The position numbers were made by a program, and so were the translations under genes. A model generated the notes under the pieces. That model made no database searches, was not told the origin of the DNA, and was given only the letters and a program-made list of their open reading frames with translations. A stretch of 64,000 nt of DNA from Fimicolochytrium jonesii (taxonomy: Eukaryota), in contig NW_026515689.1 of NCBI RefSeq assembly GCF_025526975.1, positions 372,001 through 436,000 of the forward strand, in the 5' to 3' direction. This document shows, piece by piece, positions 60,101-64,000 of this stretch (position 1 is its first letter; the number at the start of each line of letters is the position of its first letter).

Positions 60101-62855
60101 AAATCGACACGGTCTTCCAAAGCGGATACCGGCGCGAAGCAGCTGTCCTTATCCCACGAACTATGCGTGCTATGCAAGATTCGGCGCAGCTTGCAAATGA
60201 TACGAGCTTCGCAGAACAAGCGGCAGCCCTGAAAGGCATTATAAGCCCTTTGCTGGGCCTCCAAAATGTGAGTTCACGCGACGGTCGTATATCGGAGGAT
60301 ACATTTCATCAAAGACAGCTTCATTTAGTCCATATGTGATACTGATGGCGGATCACGATAATTTAGGACCTGTTTTACAACAAAATGACAGACGAGCAGG
60401 CGGTAATTATTCTGTGTCCAATCGACTTCGTCGACCAGTGCTGATGATCAGTTTTCTCCCTTAGAGATTTTATTGGCTGAAGCCCACTTTGAACTTAACC
60501 TAGTAAGTTGGGCGAATGGTGATGGGCTCGACTAAGCTTGGCTGAATTTGGTGACCGACTTTGCTCTGGGCAATCAGTCTTCGGCGCGACCCAACGACCG
60601 GTTCGCGTATAACGTCACAATTTGTCAATTTATTTGATGCATCGACAGAACTGGAAGCCTATGCCTCGATATATTCACACGGAGTTACCATGCCTATGTA
60701 CGCTTCCCCGGCGTTGCTGCATACCCTGGGTGGATGGTATTACATTATGGCCAATTCCGCGATAACGGTAATGACGAAACACACGAGAAGGTACAAATTG
60801 AGGAGTTCCTCACTTCACTGTCATTCCTAGATTGGGTCTGCGTTTTCCGAGGCAACTTATTCCTACGTAGCATCCGTCGTGTCATACACGAGAACGTTGG
60901 TTTTCATACAGATCGTTATCCTCTCCACGGTCGCCTTTCTCGTAGCCTTTGTGGGTCTGTTCCTATTCTTCCCAACGATGCGCAAAGTCCAGGAGGAACG
61001 TGTCAAATCACTCGCCGCGTTCACTAGGATTCCTCGCGGTGTGGCAGAGACCATTTACATGCGGTATGGGAACTTGAACGGGAACGGAACGGGACCCGAT
61101 TCCGGCGACGAAGAGCTAGACGATTCTGGGGATGAAGATGATCAGGACGAAGATTTAACCCAGGGCGATGAGATCAAGTCCTCACACTCTCAAATTCAAC
61201 GCCGTATGCAGCGCAAAATTGCGGTACGGTACCACTTCAAAGCGTGATTCTATACACGGACATGACGAGGCCTAATCCCTTCCGCGCACTCAGATAACGC
61301 TCCTTGCTCTGGTGGCTATGTTTGGTGGCTACTTTGCGGGCATGCAAACCACATCGAAGCCGCTCGTGGATGTGACCACGAGAGTCAACCTCGCGATGCG
61401 CATGAGATTTGGAGCCATGCGAGTCGCTTATCTATTAGAGGAGATCATACGCGGAGACTATGAGACATTCACGAACAAAGCCAGTTTGGTTGGCACAATC
61501 ATGTATGACTTGAGCATTCAGGATCAATATAGGTACATGAAGTGTTGTGTATCAACGTTTACGTTTACCGGATGCAAACTGCGTTTTATCTTTCGGCGCT
61601 TTCAAGGGCCACTCTGCTGACAGGAACCGCCACTTCCCTTGTATCGGTCGACTCACCGCTAGAGCCTGCCCTAAGAGATCAGCTGTTCGACACCAATCTG
61701 GAACACGAGGGCGTCTCCTACTCTTTGGTAGATGCTCTTTTTGTGTTAAGAGAGATGACCTCCTCCACTTTGAGCAGAACCACCACGCAGAATGTCACTC
61801 ACGCCGATCCGGAGGTTTGTATTGATCTTCAGCTAGTAATGGTCATTTCACGAGAGCTGAACTATTTTGCCCATCAGTTTCAAAGGTCTCTTGCGACGGC
61901 GATGCTGGTCCAGCAAGGGATGCTGAACGCCGGGCAACGCCTACGAGAGGTTTTCAACGATTATGCGGACAGGGCACACCAGGTGGCGGGAGCCATTCTC
62001 GGCACCATGCTCGTGGTGTTCCTGTATGTTTATTTCCGGGTGCTGCGGAAACTAGTGAAAATGCTGAATCGCGACCAACGGAGCACGCAAAAGTTACTCT
62101 TGATGATACCGCCACAAATTGCGATCGATCTGGAGATCATTTCGTCGATCGCCGACATGGAGAAACAGTCCGCACTCAAGAGGTTCATGGACCGAGTTTG
62201 GTATAAACAGGCATCCGCGGAGGGAAAAGAAGCTGATGAACCTCCGAAGGGCCCAAATTCTCGCCACAGTCCCCCCGAAAACAGAACAATAGAGAAAACT
62301 AGATCGTTGTCCGACATAGGATCATTACCAACACAGCGGAATGGTCGCGCTGCGGACCTGGCATTGGTGGCAGCAGAAGTCGGACAGCATAACGGCTTTT
62401 CGGACATCAAGCCAAAACCCCGCGTTGCGCGGAACAGAGGGTCTTCCTTTTCGGGCACGAAGTCTCCTGCCATGATACTTCTGTCCGGACATGCGGAAGA
62501 GCATCCTGACGACTCGGCGGATGATTCAGTTATGGATTCCCCGGTACTGTTGCGGTCCGAAGTTTCTGGCGATTTCAATCATCGTTCGAGTAGACGACGA
62601 TCGTCTTCTAAGCTTGCTCGCAGTGCCAGCGCTACACTGCCTACGAGCAGCGACATGACGGGTGGAACAGAGAAGGAGAGGCAGCCCGAGTTCTTGACAA
62701 GAAGTCCTGACGAAGAAAGCGGGCCAGTTCTGGACCCTTTCACAGGGGCAGAGATATCGGAGGCCGAGATTCGGCCACCAAGCAGGTCTGCTATGCGCAG
62801 CACGCCGACAGGAGGCTTGAGAAAAAGTCAAAGCTGGGCCAGGCATGAAATGTGA
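57138..62855 (+). CDS. Large polytopic membrane protein, tiny-macrocysts TmcB/TmcC-like (multi-exon)
   Basis: N-terminal TM bundle (EWLQLL, HLPYYNMKMN), AELLFRRGMELFP, HDEAKRKIGLFWRQLL...ASTYEQLINRFP...YANFVEEVQND, further TM pairs and QKLLLMIPPQI; S-rich tail. Confidence 0.7.
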
Positions 62856-63366
62856 AAACGGCCTCTACTGAAACATTATCAAATGTAAATGTGCTGAAAA
62901 AGTATTTAGTTTGACTCGATCCACCGCCGGAACTTCGCGCAAGCGAAGTCCCCGTTTTAATTAACTTACCACTTGCAACTTCGGTAACAATTTGTTCATT
63001 TGTTCGGCCGTTACCAGCCGTACTGTGTAGGTCTGGGTTGTAACTTGAAACTTGTTTGACCGTTGCCGCGCAGGATGTGCTCTGCTTGCGTCGGCCTGGA
63101 AATCGCCCATTTCGTAATCTTCATAGGAACGGGTAGCATAATTCCTTTCCATCAGAACTTTACTCCACAGGAAACCGTATTTTACATTTCGTATTTTACA
63201 GTCTCTTGAATCCTTGTCAATATTATCGGTGAAACCTGGTTCTCAATTGATTGACGAGGATCAGGGATCTCGTTATTCGACTCGGAAAGGGAGAAGGGAG
63301 GAGGTACGCCGACGGGAGATGATGACAGGATATGCATGAACACAGACCGTTCTTCCAAACTCTTTT

Positions 63367-64000
63367 CTAACACCTAACACTATCCACCGCTTTCAACACT
63401 GCGTCCACAAGCATGGGTCGCAAAATGACCTGAAGGTGTGTAGATCCTTTGTCCGTCCAGACACCTCCAAAGGTCCCGCTGCAAAGGTCCCGCCCCCAAG
63501 CGTTGTACGCTTTCAAGCGCATAGCGGAATATACATCGTCCGGGACCTCAAACACCTGTTCGAAATTTTCGAACTGGTCCGCCTCTACAATCAATACGAA
63601 GGGCGCTTGACCGGTCTTCGTGCGCGCTTCCCGCTGCTTCATGAGTTTATTAGTCGCATCGCCCACCATGCGATATTCATTCACCAATAGAGCATAGCCC
63701 TCCGGTTGAAGCTCTTGGAACGCATAGTCAAATCGCTCGGGGAGTGTAAGACGTGCTGCGACTTCGTCACCCGACGTTCCAGACACGATCTTCGGGGCGG
63801 CGACAAAGCGGCCATATCCCAGTTGCAACTTGAGGACTTCTTTCGCGGCCGATGCTTCCATCCAGTTCCGAATCTTCTCTTGCCCAATACGCATTTGGTT
63901 ATCGATGTCGCTCACCATGGGGTCGGCAAACACGATGGCGTTCACCTTGAGAGCCGGATGCTGGTAGAGTCGCGCTTGAATAATTGATCCGGCCATCGAA
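63367..64000 (-). CDS. Alpha/beta hydrolase, C-terminal part (gene starts beyond the window)
   Basis: Window edge reads S-M-A-G (nucleophile elbow), then ARLYQHPALKVNAIVFADP, PFVLI, and GSTH near the C-terminus. Confidence 0.65.
   Translation of the reverse strand, partial: SMAGSIIQARLYQHPALKVNAIVFADPMVSDIDNQMRIGQEKIRNWMEASAAKEVLKLQLGYGRFVAAPKIVSGTSGDEVAARLTLPERFDYAFQELQPEGYALLVNEYRMVGDATNKLMKQREARTKTGQAPFVLIVEADQFENFEQVFEVPDDVYSAMRLKAYNAWGRDLCSGTFGGVWTDKGSTHLQVILRPMLVDAVLKAVDSVRC

Noticed and set aside
1..64000. tRNA or rRNA genes
   Set aside because: No cloverleaf with A/B boxes or rRNA signature recognised by eye; tRNAscan-SE/Infernal would be needed to exclude them.

Overview
Gene-dense eukaryotic DNA with short GT-AG introns. 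It combines fungal housekeeping genes (KSH1, TIF35, NMA111, RPS11, RAD51, URM1, SNU23, GTB1, BST1, YJU2, COG8, a GH5 EGCrP) with ciliary genes (CFAP97-domain, CFAP299), so the host is most likely a zoosporic (chytrid-type) fungus; that assignment is an inference. Two accessory, transposon-rich intervals interrupt the core genes. (1) About 2.0-3.6 kb and 5.0-8.2 kb hold a solo LTR, a TA-flanked MITE and a 5'-truncated Fanzor2/TnpB-like RNA-guided nuclease ORF followed by a structured, pseudoknot-capable candidate omega-RNA. (2) About 41.9-49.5 kb holds a deleted Tc1 element, a scrambled gypsy relic with a solo LTR, and an intronless bacterial/archaeal-type MNT (minimal nucleotidyltransferase)-HEPN toxin-antitoxin module. 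That module appears to be a single fused gene, now broken by two compensating frameshifts and preceded by a repeat-rich, TATA/E-box-containing upstream region. A decayed PDB1 pseudogene and a 5'-truncated CFAP299 are also present. All family assignments are from motif recognition by eye; no searches were run.
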